The notes beneath the pieces were generated by a model. It made no database searches. It had not been told where the DNA came from and saw only the letters and a list, made by a program, of their open reading frames with translations. A stretch of 63,933 bases of DNA, counting the filler, from Folioceros fuciformis (taxonomy: Eukaryota), in NCBI GenBank assembly GCA_049999805.1. It is 11 parts of 11 records of this genome, joined end to end, with 100 filler letters (N's around TTAATTAATTAA, not from the genome) between each part and the next. Parts side by side here need not be neighbours in the genome. Positions count along the whole stretch, not along the records: positions 11,015 to 16,746 come from JBNGIO010003009.1; positions 16,847 to 23,484 come from JBNGIO010003011.1; positions 23,585 to 29,116 come from JBNGIO010003012.1; 8 more parts are not named here. One strand, 5' to 3'. Shown one piece after another: positions 11,406 to 24,261 of the stretch (positions are counted from its first letter, which is position 1; each line of letters begins with the position of its first letter). The position numbers were made by a program, and so were the translations under genes.

Positions 11406-12496
11406 TTGCACTGTACTGTGTTGTGTTGTGTCATGTCGTGTTGTGTGCTTGCGGATGCACATACATGTCATTAACATGTTTGCACTTTAAAGTTCACTCC
11501 TGGATTTTGTAGTATATTCATGTTCTTGTCTCATTATGCAAGTTCAAGTTTATGGCAATACGGTTATGTGCATAGACAAGCACTCACCTTGACTTTGTTG
11601 CAACGGGTTATCGCACTTCTTTTCTTGCAAGATAAAATAAAAGAAAATATTTATAACAAAATTGATCTAAATGAGAGTGTGGCACCACACAAAAAACAAA
11701 ACGAGGAGCCTTCTGGCATTTTACGGGGTTTCACGACGATCGGCGTATGCATGAAATCATAAATGCAAAGAAAAGAAATTTAATTGATATGGACTTCATC
11801 GATGAAGGGTGTGGAGTCCACATAGTAGATAGATCTCATAGAAAAATGATAGTATTTGTTTTTTTTTTTTTTTTTTGTGGTTGAATCCTTTGGCAGAGTA
11901 GATAGAGAATTGAGCTAAGTAGGACGGTTGGGGCTCGGGAGGTGATTGTGGTCGAAGGGTAACGAGTCCTAGGGATAGGGTGTCCAGAGGAACAGGGAGC
12001 CCTAGAATCGGTGGTGGGGAGGTGAGTTGGGGTTTCCTAGGAGAGTGCTGGTGGAAGTTGGGGATGGGGATGGAGGTGTCGGGACACTGCCTTGGTGCTA
12101 CCACCGAGAGAGCTTGCTTAGTGGAGATAGGACCTTGTTGTATTCTTTGTGATAGTTTTTATACATGTGCTTGGGACTGGCCAAGAAATAGGTGTCCCTG
12201 CCCAACAACTAGGGTTGTTGGGCCGTTAAATGTTTGTTAGAACTAGTTATTCCTAAGTAAAAAACTTAATCTTATTTAGCGGCTAGTTAACTTGGAATTA
12301 ATTACCGATTCGATTTAATGGCTATAAAAAGTCATGTTAGTCTAAAACTTGTCTTCAACCTAGTTGTCTGTCCTGTTAGGAGAGTCTCATTGGGCACCTT
12401 CTGGATCGGTTCCTGCTGCCTCGTTCGGCTATGGCTGGAGGTGGCTTCGTTCCCGTTAGCTACACACGCAGATTGGCCATGGCGGTGCATGTGTCA

Positions 12497-14695
12497 TTCT
12501 CCCCCACTTAAGTTGGCCAGGTCCTCCTGGGCGATTTGTCTAGGAGCTTGGGAAGCTTGTGTTTGAGCCTGCAAGTGAGGGAAGTGATGGCAAAAGGGTG
12601 CGGGTTCCCAGGTTGCAGCACTGTTGGGTTTGCCTGTCAAGGCCACGAGGAAGTCTGTTACACAGCGAGAACGGAGCTGGCAATCGCGGCGCTGGAGGAT
12701 ACGATGGGGCTGGTGAGGGCCAAAACTTGGCGGCTGGGCTAGGTTTTCCGAACCAGAGCAGTCTGGAACGGCGGGAGTTGCCAAGGTGGGGCACTGAGCA
12801 GAGGAGCTGCCTGGGGCTGGCCTGGGCGGGGAAGAAGGGTGTGATGCTGGTTGCTGGTCGGTAGAGGGATCTGGTGGATGTGCAGGTAGGGTTGTGGTGG
12901 CGGGTGGCGGGCGGGAGATCACCAGTTTGAGCATGGAGACGTGAAACGTCTTGCAGAGACCCCAATCAGCGGGAAGGTCGAGTTGGTATGCGAGTGGGTT
13001 GATCTACCGGGACACTGTGAAGGGCCCGGCGTACCGGTAGGATAGCTTATCCTGTGACTGGATCAGAGTTGGGTAGCGGTGAGGCTCCACACGAAGCCAC
13101 AATTGTTGGCCGACATTGTAGCAGACTGCCCGGCGATGCTTGTTGGCTGTTTTACAGGATCTATCCCGGGCAGCGAGGAGTTTCTCCTTTGCCAACTTGA
13201 CCTCATGCCAGATATTCTCCGCAACCTCAGCTGCGCTCCATCACTTCTCCTGACTGCAGGGCCACAAGCCTGGTGGTGGCGGAGTTTCTCCATAGAGTAG
13301 CTTGAACGGGGCTACTCCTGTAGCTGTGTGCTTCGACGAGTTGTAGGCATACTCCAGCATAGGGAGGAGTTCTTCCCACCTTGTTTGTTTCTCATGGGTG
13401 AAGTGACGAAGCATATCTTCTAGGTGAAAGGATCATTAGAGGAGCATGGTGAAGGAGAGGAGAGAAGAAGGGAGGAGGAGAGGAGAGGAGAAAGAGAGGT
13501 CTCACAGTGTCTCTCACAGCTCTATTGCAAAGGGAGCTCAAGAGGGTATTTATACCCTCTAGAAAAGCTCCCAAGGAAGCTTCACAAGAAGCTCACAGGA
13601 AGCTTCACAAGAAGCTTCCTAAAGATTAGCTTAAGCTAATGATGCTTAATTAAACTCTAATCTTAGACTAATTACATTAGTCTAATTAAACTTATCACAC
13701 TAGTTTAATTAGACTAATCACACTAGTTTAATTAGACTAATCACATTAGTCTAAGCACATTGGGCTTTAATAACCCTACACTAGGACCTTGTTCTAATTC
13801 TCAGTTTGGAAGTCTGTCTTTGGGTGATACGCTCACGACATGTTTTGCTTGATGCCTAGGGTTTCCATGAATGTTCTCCAGAACCCTGAGGTGAACTTAG
13901 GATCTCGGTTAGAGAAGATGTCTTCTGGGGCTCTCTGCGAAGATTTCCCGAACGAAGACTCCAGCCAGCTTGGATGCTGGGATGGTGGGGGTCATGGGAA
14001 CAAAGTGGCAGACCTTGGAGAACCTGTCAGTGACCACCCAGATACTATCTTTTCCAGAACGGGTACGTGGCAGGTGAGTGATGAAATCCATAGCAATTGA
14101 CCTGAACCATCCACTTGGAATTTGTAGGGGTAATTGCAGGCCCGGCGTCTTCTGATGACTGGGCTTGGCTTGCTTGCAGGACCGGCAGGAGCGCACCCAT
14201 TCGATGCAGTTAGCACGCATCCCTTCCCAATGGAAGTGGTCCTTGACCTTGGCATATGTCTTGTCAATGCCCAGGTGGCTCGAAATTGGTGAATCATGCA
14301 TGTCATGTAGGATGGCCTGTTTCAACTCCGTGAGCTATGAAGGGATGATTAGTCTCCCCTTTCGATACACACAAGCATCCAGGAGTGAATATTGCTGGGT
14401 AAGTGCTGTAGGGACCCCTGTCTGTGCATCTGTCAAGAGTTGTCTGTACAGTTTCGACAAGACTGGGTCATGCGGAATTCCATCCCGAACTAATTGGATT
14501 GTTTGGGTCTGGGTTCTCATGAGGGTGCAGGCACGCCGACCCAAGGCATCTGCAACCACATTAGTTGAGCCTGCTACGTACTGGATTTCTAGGTGGTAGT
14601 CTGCCAGAGCTTCAGCCCATCGTCGCTGCCGAGCATTCAGGTTGGGCTGAGAGAAGAAATGTTGCAAGGAGTGGTGGTCGGTATGACATAAAGCT
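12497..14695 (-). mobile_element. Degenerate Ty3/Gypsy chromovirus (RNase H end, integrase, chromodomain, PPT)
   Basis: TDHHSL...NVVADAL (RH); HDSPISSHLG...CRSC zinc finger and IAMDFITHLP (IN); YAGPF (GPY/F module); ILQRRD...FLVALTGKPNSAATWEP chromodomain; PPT aagtgggggagaa followed by TG at 12496 (start of 3' LTR, far end unresolved). Confidence 0.9.
13425..13780 (-). mobile_element. Solo LTR (Copia family) inserted in the Gypsy integrase
   Basis: TG...CA termini; 5-bp TSD CTAGG at 13420-13424 and 13781-13785; removing it restores integrase NKVLEDMLRHF; similar to the LTR at 21419-21710. Confidence 0.93.
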
Positions 14696-16746
14696 TGTAG
14701 GATCGAGAGAGCAGGCAAGCTAGATTAGAGAATAGGAGGATAGATTAAGGAAGAGTCGTGTGGCTCCTTAAATAGTCACGAGACCAACCGTTGTGGTGTC
14801 CCGTGGCCGTGAAAGTGCGTGGCTGTTGTGTTTTGAGTCGGAACCCTTTAGTTGTGTCGATTGTAATGTACCCGTTTACTATCTGCCCTAATTATTATGT
14901 AATTAAGTAATGCTGGATAAATAACTATTATTCTTAACCTTTACTCCCACTTAGCCAGCATTACGCTGACTAGGGTTTGTAACCATAGCTGAAAAAAACG
15001 GCGCCGAGCTAGGTCATAATCGATGGCGGCTTGCGCAAGGCTTTTCTCTCCTTACAGCTGGAGCTCTGTTCAGATGTTTGCCAAACTGCTTTGATAGGTT
15101 TATGTACGCTGGCTGTGACTTCACGGAAGATGGTCACCAGATAATTCGTTATGGTACGCTCCCTTGTGCTTACAATTGGTCCTCCCACTGCAGCCTTTGT
15201 AGGTAGATCCTTCTAACTGCATGCCTTTAATGTTCATGTGCAGAGCCTTGGTGGCGTTGCACTACAAGGATGCCATCTAGAAGGTTCTATCCGGCTTGAG
15301 ATGCTGCAGAGTGAGAGTCTGGTTACTAGCTAGGTGGACAGTGCAGGTTTCTTCTAGGACTCTGGGTCCTCCATTAACCCCATTGCAGCTGCAAATTTCT
15401 CATGCTTCTCTCTGGGAAGTGCTTTTGTGAGCAGGTCTGCAATATTGTCATGTGTTGACATGAACTATAGGTTAGCATGTCCATCAGTGATCACTTGTCG
15501 TATAAAATGGTGCTTGATGTCAATATGTTTTGTCCTGGCATGCATAACAGGGTTCTGTGATAGAGCTATCGCTGATTGGTTATCACTCAGAAGGAGTGTT
15601 GGTGCTTCTTGAGGTTCACCGAGAGATGCTAGCAATTCCCTGCCATGAATGATATCTTGTGCTACTGTAGTTGCAGAGATGTACTCTACCTCTGTCGAGG
15701 ACAGAGCTACCACTGACTGCTTCTTTGAATGCCAAGCAATAATTGTGGATTGTGATTCATCTTGTCCCAGCATTAAACAATGTGCAGATATTGAGCGTCG
15801 GCTGTCAGAATCGGCTGCCCAGTCGGCGTCGCAATAGCATGTAAGGAGCAGGCGCTGTGGTCTTTGTCTGTACAACAGGCCAAGCTTAGGCGTACCTCCA
15901 AGATAACGCATACACCGTTGAACAGCCGTCCAATGAGCTGCACCATAATTGGAGAGGAACTGTGAAGTCACCCCCACAGCATGTGAAAGCTCCGGGCATG
16001 TCCAATTCCGGAAATAGATAAGTACTCCCACTGCTGGTCTGTAGGGTACTTTCTCCATTTGCATACGCTCCTTCTCAGTTTGTGGACACTGCTCTAGTGT
16101 AAGTTTTTCGCCCGTTGCCATGGGTGTTGCTGCAGGTTTTGCATTTTGCATTCTGAACCGTGCTAGGACTTGGACAACAAACTGAGCCTGGTGTATAAAA
16201 ATTGTGTGCTTGCTCAGGTTTTGACGGATCTGAATACCTAAGAACCAGGTAAGCTGCCCCAAATCCGTCATGGAAAACTATGAAGTAAGGATACCCTAGA
16301 CCTTATTCATTTGAGATGGACTGCTGGATATTATTACCGCATCGTCTACGTATAAGGCCAGGTAAGCTACCCCATTCTTATCACAAAGTTGATAGACATT
16401 CGAGTCTGCACTACTTTGCACAAAACCACACTTCTGGAGGTACGTGTCTATTCTTTTGTACTACTCTCGTGGTGACTGCTTTAACCCATACAGTGTTTTA
16501 ATTAGTCTACATACCTTGTTTGGGTTCTTGGGGTCAACGTACCCCTCTGGTTGACGCATATAAATGGTTTCCTCTAGGTCTCCGTTGAGGAATGCAGTTT
16601 TAACGTCCATGTGTTGTAGAAGGTAATCATGTTGAGCAGCAATTGCCAACAGAGTGCGGATGGATGTTGCCCTGACAACTGGAGAAAAAGTCTCTTTGAA
16701 GTCAAGTCCTTCTACTTGGCTATATCCGCGTGCAACCAGTCTGGCT
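14696..16746 (-). mobile_element. Ty1/Copia 3' half (RT-RNase H, putative 3' LTR ~14696-14938) abutting the Gypsy RH
   Basis: [43 protein letters not shown] with stops and frameshifts; degenerate PPT near 14943-14954. Confidence 0.88.
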
Positions 16747-16846
16747 NNNNNNNNNNNNNNNNNNNNNNNNNNNNNNNNNNNNNNNNNNNNTTAATTAATT
16801 AANNNNNNNNNNNNNNNNNNNNNNNNNNNNNNNNNNNNNNNNNNNN
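16747..16846. other. Artificial contig spacer
   Basis: N44-TTAATTAATTAA-N44. Confidence 0.98.
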
Positions 16847-19800
16847 TAAGGACCAGACACTACCTTTTCTATTCTATTCTTCCTGGATGTACGTGTAGAA
16901 CACATTTTAATATGTGAACATGGTATCAGAGCCATCTCTGATCTCTATGTCTTTCTGCTTTAATTTTAATTCAGAGCTTCAAACAATTGAAGTTCTTGAA
17001 AAAATGGATCACATCCATTTTTACAAAATGCAGAATAGACACGGTTTGTTGTAGTGGTGGTATGATGCCGAGAAAAGGCATCTGTAGGCAAAATTGGCCA
17101 TCTGCCCATAGATAGGGAAAGGCGCAGCAGGTTCCTATTTCTAAATTACAGGATTTTGGGGCATAATTCGAGAGATTATATTTCAAAAACGTCCTTTCTT
17201 CGGCTGAGCAACAGGAGAGAACTAGGTTCTTGAAGACTTCTCTTGAATCTTACGGCGCCAATCAAACAGAGGTGCTCCCATCTGCTAATTCAGGCCTGTA
17301 GATTCAAACAAAATCACCGAATTACACATCGCAATCAACTGGAATCTGCAGATGCTGCAAACCCCATCCACTGCAAGATGAGCACAAACAGTTTGAACTG
17401 AATCAACGTGACGCTCTCCTCAGTTCTTTACTGAATGTGAAGTCTGCAGTGCTGGAGACCTCCAGACGTGTAGATATCCTAGCTACGCGCTTGGATTGCC
17501 TAGAGAAACAGCGAGCGTCAAATCAGATCTCAGCAGTTGGTTTGGAATTGGAAGTCAAGAAACATGCTTCGGAGATCATTAGCCTTAGAGAGCAACTTGC
17601 TGATCTAAGGCCCTCTACTTCTTAGCAAAGCAAGTCAGACACTATGGCGGCAGATCAGTCCTTTGACTGCCTGCAGGAGAAGGATCGACTTACCTCTCAC
17701 AATTTTGATGCTTAGTCATTTAGGGTTCGATGCATTCTTGAGGAAAAACTTCTAATGGATGTCACTGATGGTATTGATCCTGAGAGGGTGGCTGGTCAGC
17801 CATCTGGCACATTGACACTAGGTGGTGTCAATTACATGCCTTGGACTCAAAAGGATGCAATGGAATGGAATCATAAAGATAGAAAAGCGAAAACCATATT
17901 GGTTGGATCTATTTCATAGGAGATGATTCCTCACATAAAGTTAGCCAAGCATGCACATGGTGTCTCCACTTTGCTGAATGATATGTATGAAGCAAAGGAT
18001 ATGATCTCTGTTGGAGCAGCCATTGTCCACTGGCAAAATCTGTGCATGAAAGAAAATGAGTCAGTTGAGGCCTTTGTTGCCAAGTTCAGGGCAGCAACAG
18101 CAAGGCTTGCCGCATGTGGTGTTATCATCAACGATAGTCGGGCTGCCTTTCAATTTTTGTTGGCTCTTCCTCCAAGCTATGAAACTAGGAGTTCAAGTAT
18201 TCAGGGAACAACTACTGTTACCCCAGCAACTACGTCCCTGACTATTCAAAAGTTAGTTGGAGCCCTGCTGCAAGCAGCAGCCAACAGAAAATACATGAAC
18301 AGCAAGAGTTCTTCAAGCTCTTCGCATAAGCAGAGTGATACTGCTTTATGGACAAGTCGCGGCAGAGGTCGTGGTAGAGGAAGAGGGCGTGGACGTGGAG
18401 GTTTTGGTAGAGGCAAAGGACAAATGTCCAGGCCTGATCCCAACTTCAGTTCACAGCAGTTAGTGAAGAAACCTGGTGTGTGCAACTACTGCCACAAGCC
18501 AGGGCACTGGGCAAGAGATTGTAGAATCAAGCAAAGAGATGATGCTGGAAAAGGAAAACAACACGAAACAAATGTGACAAGGGCAACCACACCTGTTTAC
18601 TTGTGTCTTGTCTCTCCTTTGTCACAAATAGTAAGAATCAGTGGTTCTTAGATAGTGGGGCTTCTAACCACATGTGCTCTTCTAAGAAATCTTTTCTGAA
18701 CTACAGAGAGACTCCATGTGAGCTTACTGTTGTTTTGGGAGATAATTCCCACATTCCTATTAGAGGGATAGGAACTGTTGTCATTACTCTGCAAAATGCC
18801 AACACTTGGGAGTTAGAAAACGTGTTGCATGTTCCAGCATTGAAGAAGAATCTCGTGAGCACTATGGCTTTGGGAAAGACATAGCCTCTACAGAATTTTG
18901 TTTGAAGGCCTAGAGTGTGTTATAACAAGAGTTAATACACCCACAGATGTCATTGCTAGATGCACCCCCTTATATGACCTGTATATACTTGATTTTGTCT
19001 ATGATGTCCCTCCACAGTCTGCACAATTAACAGAGAAGGCAGTTAGTAAGGGTTTAGGGTTTAGTCTGCCCTAGCTTTTAAATGGCACTGTAGGTTGGGA
19101 CACCCAAATATTCAAGCTATGAGATGCTTGCTCAAAGAAAAGATGGTGACAGGTTTCTCCGAGTCAGACTTACCGGATCTAGATCTCTGTGTTGCTTGTG
19201 TGCATGGCAAACAATTTAAATCTCATTTTGGATCTGGTAAGCCTAGGAGACAAACTCAAGTGCTGGATTTAGTGCATACTGACATATGTGGTCCTATGTC
19301 TACTCCAAGTTGGGGAGGAGCCAGATACTTTGTGGTGTTCGAGGATGACCGCACCCATTTCACAGTAACTGAGCTATTGAAACATAAGAGTGTTGTATTT
19401 GACAACTTTAGAAGATACCTGGCATATGCCAAACGTTAGACAGACTTTCAGTTGAAATGCATCCGTTCGGATAATGGGAAGGAATACTTGTCACATGCAT
19501 TTCAGGAGTTCTGTCAGGAACGTGGCATTACTAGACAGCTTACAATCCCATACCACTCAGATATGAATGGCAGAGCTGAACGAAGACACAGAACAATCCA
19601 AGATGCTGCTTGAGCTCTTCTGTTCCAGGGGAGGTTATCTATACGCTTCTAGGCTGAAGCTGTTCAGGTGGCAACCTATCTGCAGAATCGCACTTCTGTG
19701 TCTTCCCTTCCGAAGTGCACGCCCTTTGAGTCATGGACAGGAGTCAAGCTCGATGTTGCTCATCTTCGGGTCTTTGGTAGCACAGCCTACGCCCATATCC

Positions 19801-21418
19801 CATACAAGCTTAGACAAAAATTTGCATTCAAGTCCAGAAGACGTGTGTTTATAGGTTACACACCTCGGATCCATGGGTATAAACTGTTTGAACCCGTTTC
19901 TCGACGTGTTGTCCATGCTAGGATAGTTGCTTTTGATGAACGTGTTGTGCTTAATCCTCCTGATGACTCACCCCTTGTAGATGAAGATTTAGCTCCAGCA
20001 ACTTACTAGTTTGATGTGGTCGAACCAGAGTTTTTTTGATATTGTTGATTTTCCCTCTGTTGATTCTGACCTTGATCCTTCTGTTCAACCTTCTTCCTTC
20101 CGACCTGGTCCAGTAGCTCTTGTTGGTCCATACACTTCAGATGCTGAGCTGGAAGACGATCTATCTGATCATCAGCTTCAACCAGAGCCAGAGCCTTGTC
20201 TAGAGCCCGAGCTTGTTGTTGATGATCTTGTCGAGTATACTCTTCCTATCCCTGAGCCCTCTGCTCCAGTTCCTTGACATTCCACTCGCCTTCATCATGG
20301 ACGTGACCAGTGGCTGGAGACGCCTTATCAGGCTGAAGACTGGAGGACTCAGCGGGACATGGTTACACTTGTTTCTCAGTCAGTGGGAGCTGATCACAAA
20401 CCTGAACCTGTTCATGAGTTTGTCCAGCTGACTGTGCAGCCAGGCTATGAACCACAATCTTATCAGGAGGCTATTACTGGTCCTAAATCTTAGCATCGGA
20501 AAGCTACTATTGCCTCAGAGTATGAATCCCTTCTTCATAATCACACTTGGGAGCTCTGTCCCCCGCCTAAGGGGAGGAAGATCGTCAGCAGCAAGTGGGT
20601 CTTTAAACTCAATTATAAGGCTAACGGAACTATAGCGAGGTACAAAGCTCGCCTATTGCCAGAGGATTCTCTCAAGTGCCGGGGTTAGACTATCATGACA
20701 CTTTCTCTCCGGTCGTCAAAGCACAATCTCTATGTGTCTTGTTTTCTATGTCAGCATTCTACAGCCTGTTTATCCATCAAATGGATGTTAAGACCGCGTT
20801 CTTACATGGTAAACTGGAAGAAGAGATTTATATGTAGCAGCCCGAAGGCTATGCAAAGAAGGGGCATGAGGACTGGGTCTATAAGTTGTTGAAAACAATC
20901 TACGATCTCAAGCAATCACCTAGGGCCTGGTATCAATGTATTGACGAGTTCTTACTTGAGCTTAGCTTCAAAAAGAGTGATGCTGATTCCAATGTATATT
21001 TCCTGCAAGAAGACACAGGCTTCGTGGTGTTAGCATTATTTGTGGATGATTGCATCTTGCTTGTCACAGACCTTGAAGGCATAAACAAGGTGAAAGGACT
21101 CTTATCTGGCAGGTTTTGATATGGTTGATGTAGGGGAACTCTCATACTATCTTGGCACGAAACTCCTGCAAGATATCAAATGGCACTTTGATCATTCACC
21201 AAGAGAAATATATTCACGATATGTTGTTTAAATATAAGTTGATTGCTGCTAAACCTGCCTCAACTCTGATGGAAGCAGGTAGTAGGCTTACTGCTGAGCA
21301 TTCTCGTGTTACTGATTCTGAGAAGCTGGAGATGGAAAGTGTACCTTATTCTCAGGCTGTAGGGTTGCTCATATTCTATTCAAATCAGACAAGGCTAGAT
21401 ATATCACTGCCTATTAGT
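16847..21418 (+). mobile_element. Degenerate Ty1/Copia element A (5' LTR end, PBS, gag-PR-IN-RT)
   Basis: LTR ends ...aaca at 16920; PBS TGGTATCAGAGCC at 16921-16933; zinc knuckle CNYCHKPGHWARDC; protease [28 protein letters not shown] and FVDD; many stops; interrupted at 21419. Confidence 0.93.
16921..16933 (+). promoter_or_regulatory. Primer binding site (tRNA-iMet)
   Basis: TGGTATCAGAGCC directly after the LTR terminal CA. Confidence 0.9.
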
Positions 21419-22206
21419 TGAAGGATCGTTACAGGAGTATGGTGAAGGAGAGGAGAGGAGGAGGCAAGGAGGAGAGGAGAATGAGAGGTCACACTCTCAG
21501 AATAGAGTCACTCAATAGCAAGGGAGCTCAAAGGGTATTTATACCCTCTAGAAGAGCTCCCTAGGAAGCTTCACAAGAAGCGCACAGGAAGCTGCGCAAG
21601 AAGCTTCCTATAGATTAGCTTAAGCTAATCTATACTAATGATACTTAACTAGACACTAATCTTAAACTAAACGCATTAGTCTAAGCACATTGGGCTTTCA
21701 TAACCCTACAACCTCCCCCTTAAAGTCCAATTTACCTTCATAGGAGAGCGGTCTACCTCATGCCCATGAGTGTCCGAGCTTGTGCGAATTGCTCCGAAGA
21801 GAGCCCCTTGGTAAGAACATCTGCAAGGTTCTAACTGGTGTGAACTTTGACAAGTTGTACCCTCTTGCCTTCCAACACCTCTCGAATGAAGTGATACTTC
21901 TACATGTTTGGTCTTCGCATGAAACACTGGATTCTTTGCCAATTGGATAGCACACTAGCTATCATAATGCAACACTGGCAGCTCAACCTTGATCCCCAAA
22001 TCTCCCACTAAACGAGCAAGCCACATGGATTCCTTGCACGCCTCAGCCGCTGCAACATACTCGGCCTCTGTGGTAGACAGCGTTATGCATGATTGCCAAC
22101 GAGATCGCCATGAGACTGCCCCTCCAATGCACATCAAGACAACCTAATGTGGACCTCCTTTTGTCCATATCCCCTGCATAATCAGCATCCGTATATCCCA
22201 CTACAG
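21419..22206 (-). mobile_element. Ty1/Copia element B (RNase H, PPT, 3' LTR 21419-21710) nested in element A
   Basis: GYTDADYAGD, LSTTEAEY, AKNPVFHAKTKHVE; PPT ttaagggggaggt precedes the LTR start TGTAGGG on the minus strand. Confidence 0.9.
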
Positions 22207-23484
22207 TGAGAGATCGCAAGAGAGATGCTTGCTTAGGAAAGAAAATGTACAGACCATGTCTTATGAACACGATAGTGGTGGACGGTTGGCCGTTAGGGGT
22301 CCTAACCGCCCGCTGGGGTTTCTAACCTAATGACCTGTAACTAACTAACTACATGTATACTCTCACTCCCACTCAAGTCGAGGGTTAGAGAGATAATTTA
22401 GTTTATAGTTGTTTATAAGTTTCTATTGCGAACCTAAAGACCGAAGCGTTTCCTACAACAAAAGAAACTTAAAAACCTAAAACCTATACTTGGCGCTCTT
22501 TGTCTTTGACTTCAGCCTTCATGCCCGCCGCCGCTCAGTCTTCACGCACGCTGCCACTCCAACTAGCTGCTCCCCGAGCTTGAGGCTCCGCTCCAGCGAA
22601 TGTTGTGTGCATGCAGATGCACGAAGCCCCATTGCTGCAGAGTGCTCATAATGCTTGACCTTGCCTAGGGCCTTTGTTAGAACGTCGGCCGTCATGCTTT
22701 CAGTCGGGCAATAGACGACTTGAACCATGCCTTGAGTTGCAACCTCTCGCACATAGTGATGTTACACCTCGATATGTTTCATTCTGGCATGGAACCCGGG
22801 ATTCATGGTGAGCGCTATAGCGCTCTGATTATCGCAAAAGAGTGTTACTGGCAGCTGCTGAGGAAATCCGAGCTCTGCAAGAGCTCCCACTGTCCAGGCA
22901 ATTTCTTTGCAAGCCTCAGTCATGCTTTTGAATTCGGCTTCAGTACTTGACAGTGCGATTGTTGTCTGCAGTTTGCTACTCCAGCCTATGGCTGCTCCAG
23001 CTAGAATTGTAACATAACTGGACACACGCCTCTTGCTGTCCAAATCCCCAGCCCAGTCAGCATCACTGAACGCTAGCAGAGTAAGTGCCTTGTCGGCCTT
23101 CCTGCTGTATAAAAGCCCCCAGTCTTGTGTGGCTCCAATGTACCGATAGATTCTCCTCATTAAGCCACTATGTGATGAATTGGGGCTCGACACAAACCTG
23201 GATGCAAGTCTAAAACTGAAGCTCAGGTTAGGTCTCGTCCCAATGGTCAAATGCATTAGGCTCCCGTTTCTGGACGGATAATCTGCAACCTCATCATATT
23301 CATCTTCAAGTAACGCTCCCACTTGAGCTGTATACTTGGTGTTTTGCTTGACAGAAGTAGCCGCAAGGTTGCTGTTTTGCATCTCGTACCTTTCAAGGAT
23401 TTGGTGTGCATACTTAGACTGATGTAAGAATATTGTGCCCGCCTTCCTATCTCTCACCAGTTGCATGCCAAGATAGTATTGCAG
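22207..23484 (-). mobile_element. Ty1/Copia element C (RT end-RNase H, PPT, 159-bp 3' LTR 22207-22365) nested in element B
   Basis: FSDADWAGD, LSSTEAEF, NPGFHARMKHIEV; PPT cttgagtgggag; LTR bounded by inverted TGAGAG...CTCTCA. Confidence 0.88.
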
Positions 23485-23584
23485 NNNNNNNNNNNNNNNN
23501 NNNNNNNNNNNNNNNNNNNNNNNNNNNNTTAATTAATTAANNNNNNNNNNNNNNNNNNNNNNNNNNNNNNNNNNNNNNNNNNNN
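23485..23584. other. Artificial contig spacer
   Basis: N44-TTAATTAATTAA-N44. Confidence 0.98.
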
Positions 23585-24261
23585 TGACAAGAATTCAAAT
23601 ATCCTTTCCTGCCCTGTATGCAACTGGTGCAATGTAATGATAAAGGGTAATCGCTCCCCCCCGCCTCCTGTCATAACCAGAAAAGAATAAAGGTCATGCA
23701 CCTTTCTCGTAACCATTAGGTTAATCTCAAACTGTCTACCTTTCCTCCTTGTTGTACCTTCCGCCTTCCTGATCTCCTAGGCACTCAGCAAACAAGATAC
23801 CTCCTGCCCTGGAAGAGGATGCTCATCCTGTGCCTCCTTAACCTACATCGAGGCCTTTTCCAAGGAATTTAACGGGGAGGTACTGCCTTCGTCCCCAGAG
23901 AAGACGGCTTGCACTTCATGCCAGACAATATTGATATCCTCATCGTCCTCAGGACAAGGAGAGGAGAATAAGTCCTCATCGGAAACGTATACCGCGTTAT
24001 CTCTCATGGTGGGGCTAGCCCGTTTTGTGGGGCTGGCACAATCCACCAAGGCTTTTCCGAGACACGCCGAACCTGTTCCCTTCATTCCAGACCCCGTTTC
24101 CACTCCATATTTGTGTTGACCGCGCACTGCCATAGGATCGTTTCCCACGCCAGCAGAGACCTTCCCACGAAACCTATTTCCACCCTTGGGCACTTCCAGC
24201 ATCTTAATCTTTTTCCCTTCCGGGAAGGTGATATCCAAGGCCATGTGTTGAACGACTTTAT

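Noticed and set aside
18355-18420. RGRG/RGG repeats in gag (also ~36875-36950) as novel domains
   Set aside because: Common low-complexity nucleocapsid-proximal feature of Copia Gag.
23843-24244. 133-aa minus-strand ORF as a host gene
   Set aside because: No recognisable domain or splice context; probably a TE relic next to the truncated pogo element.
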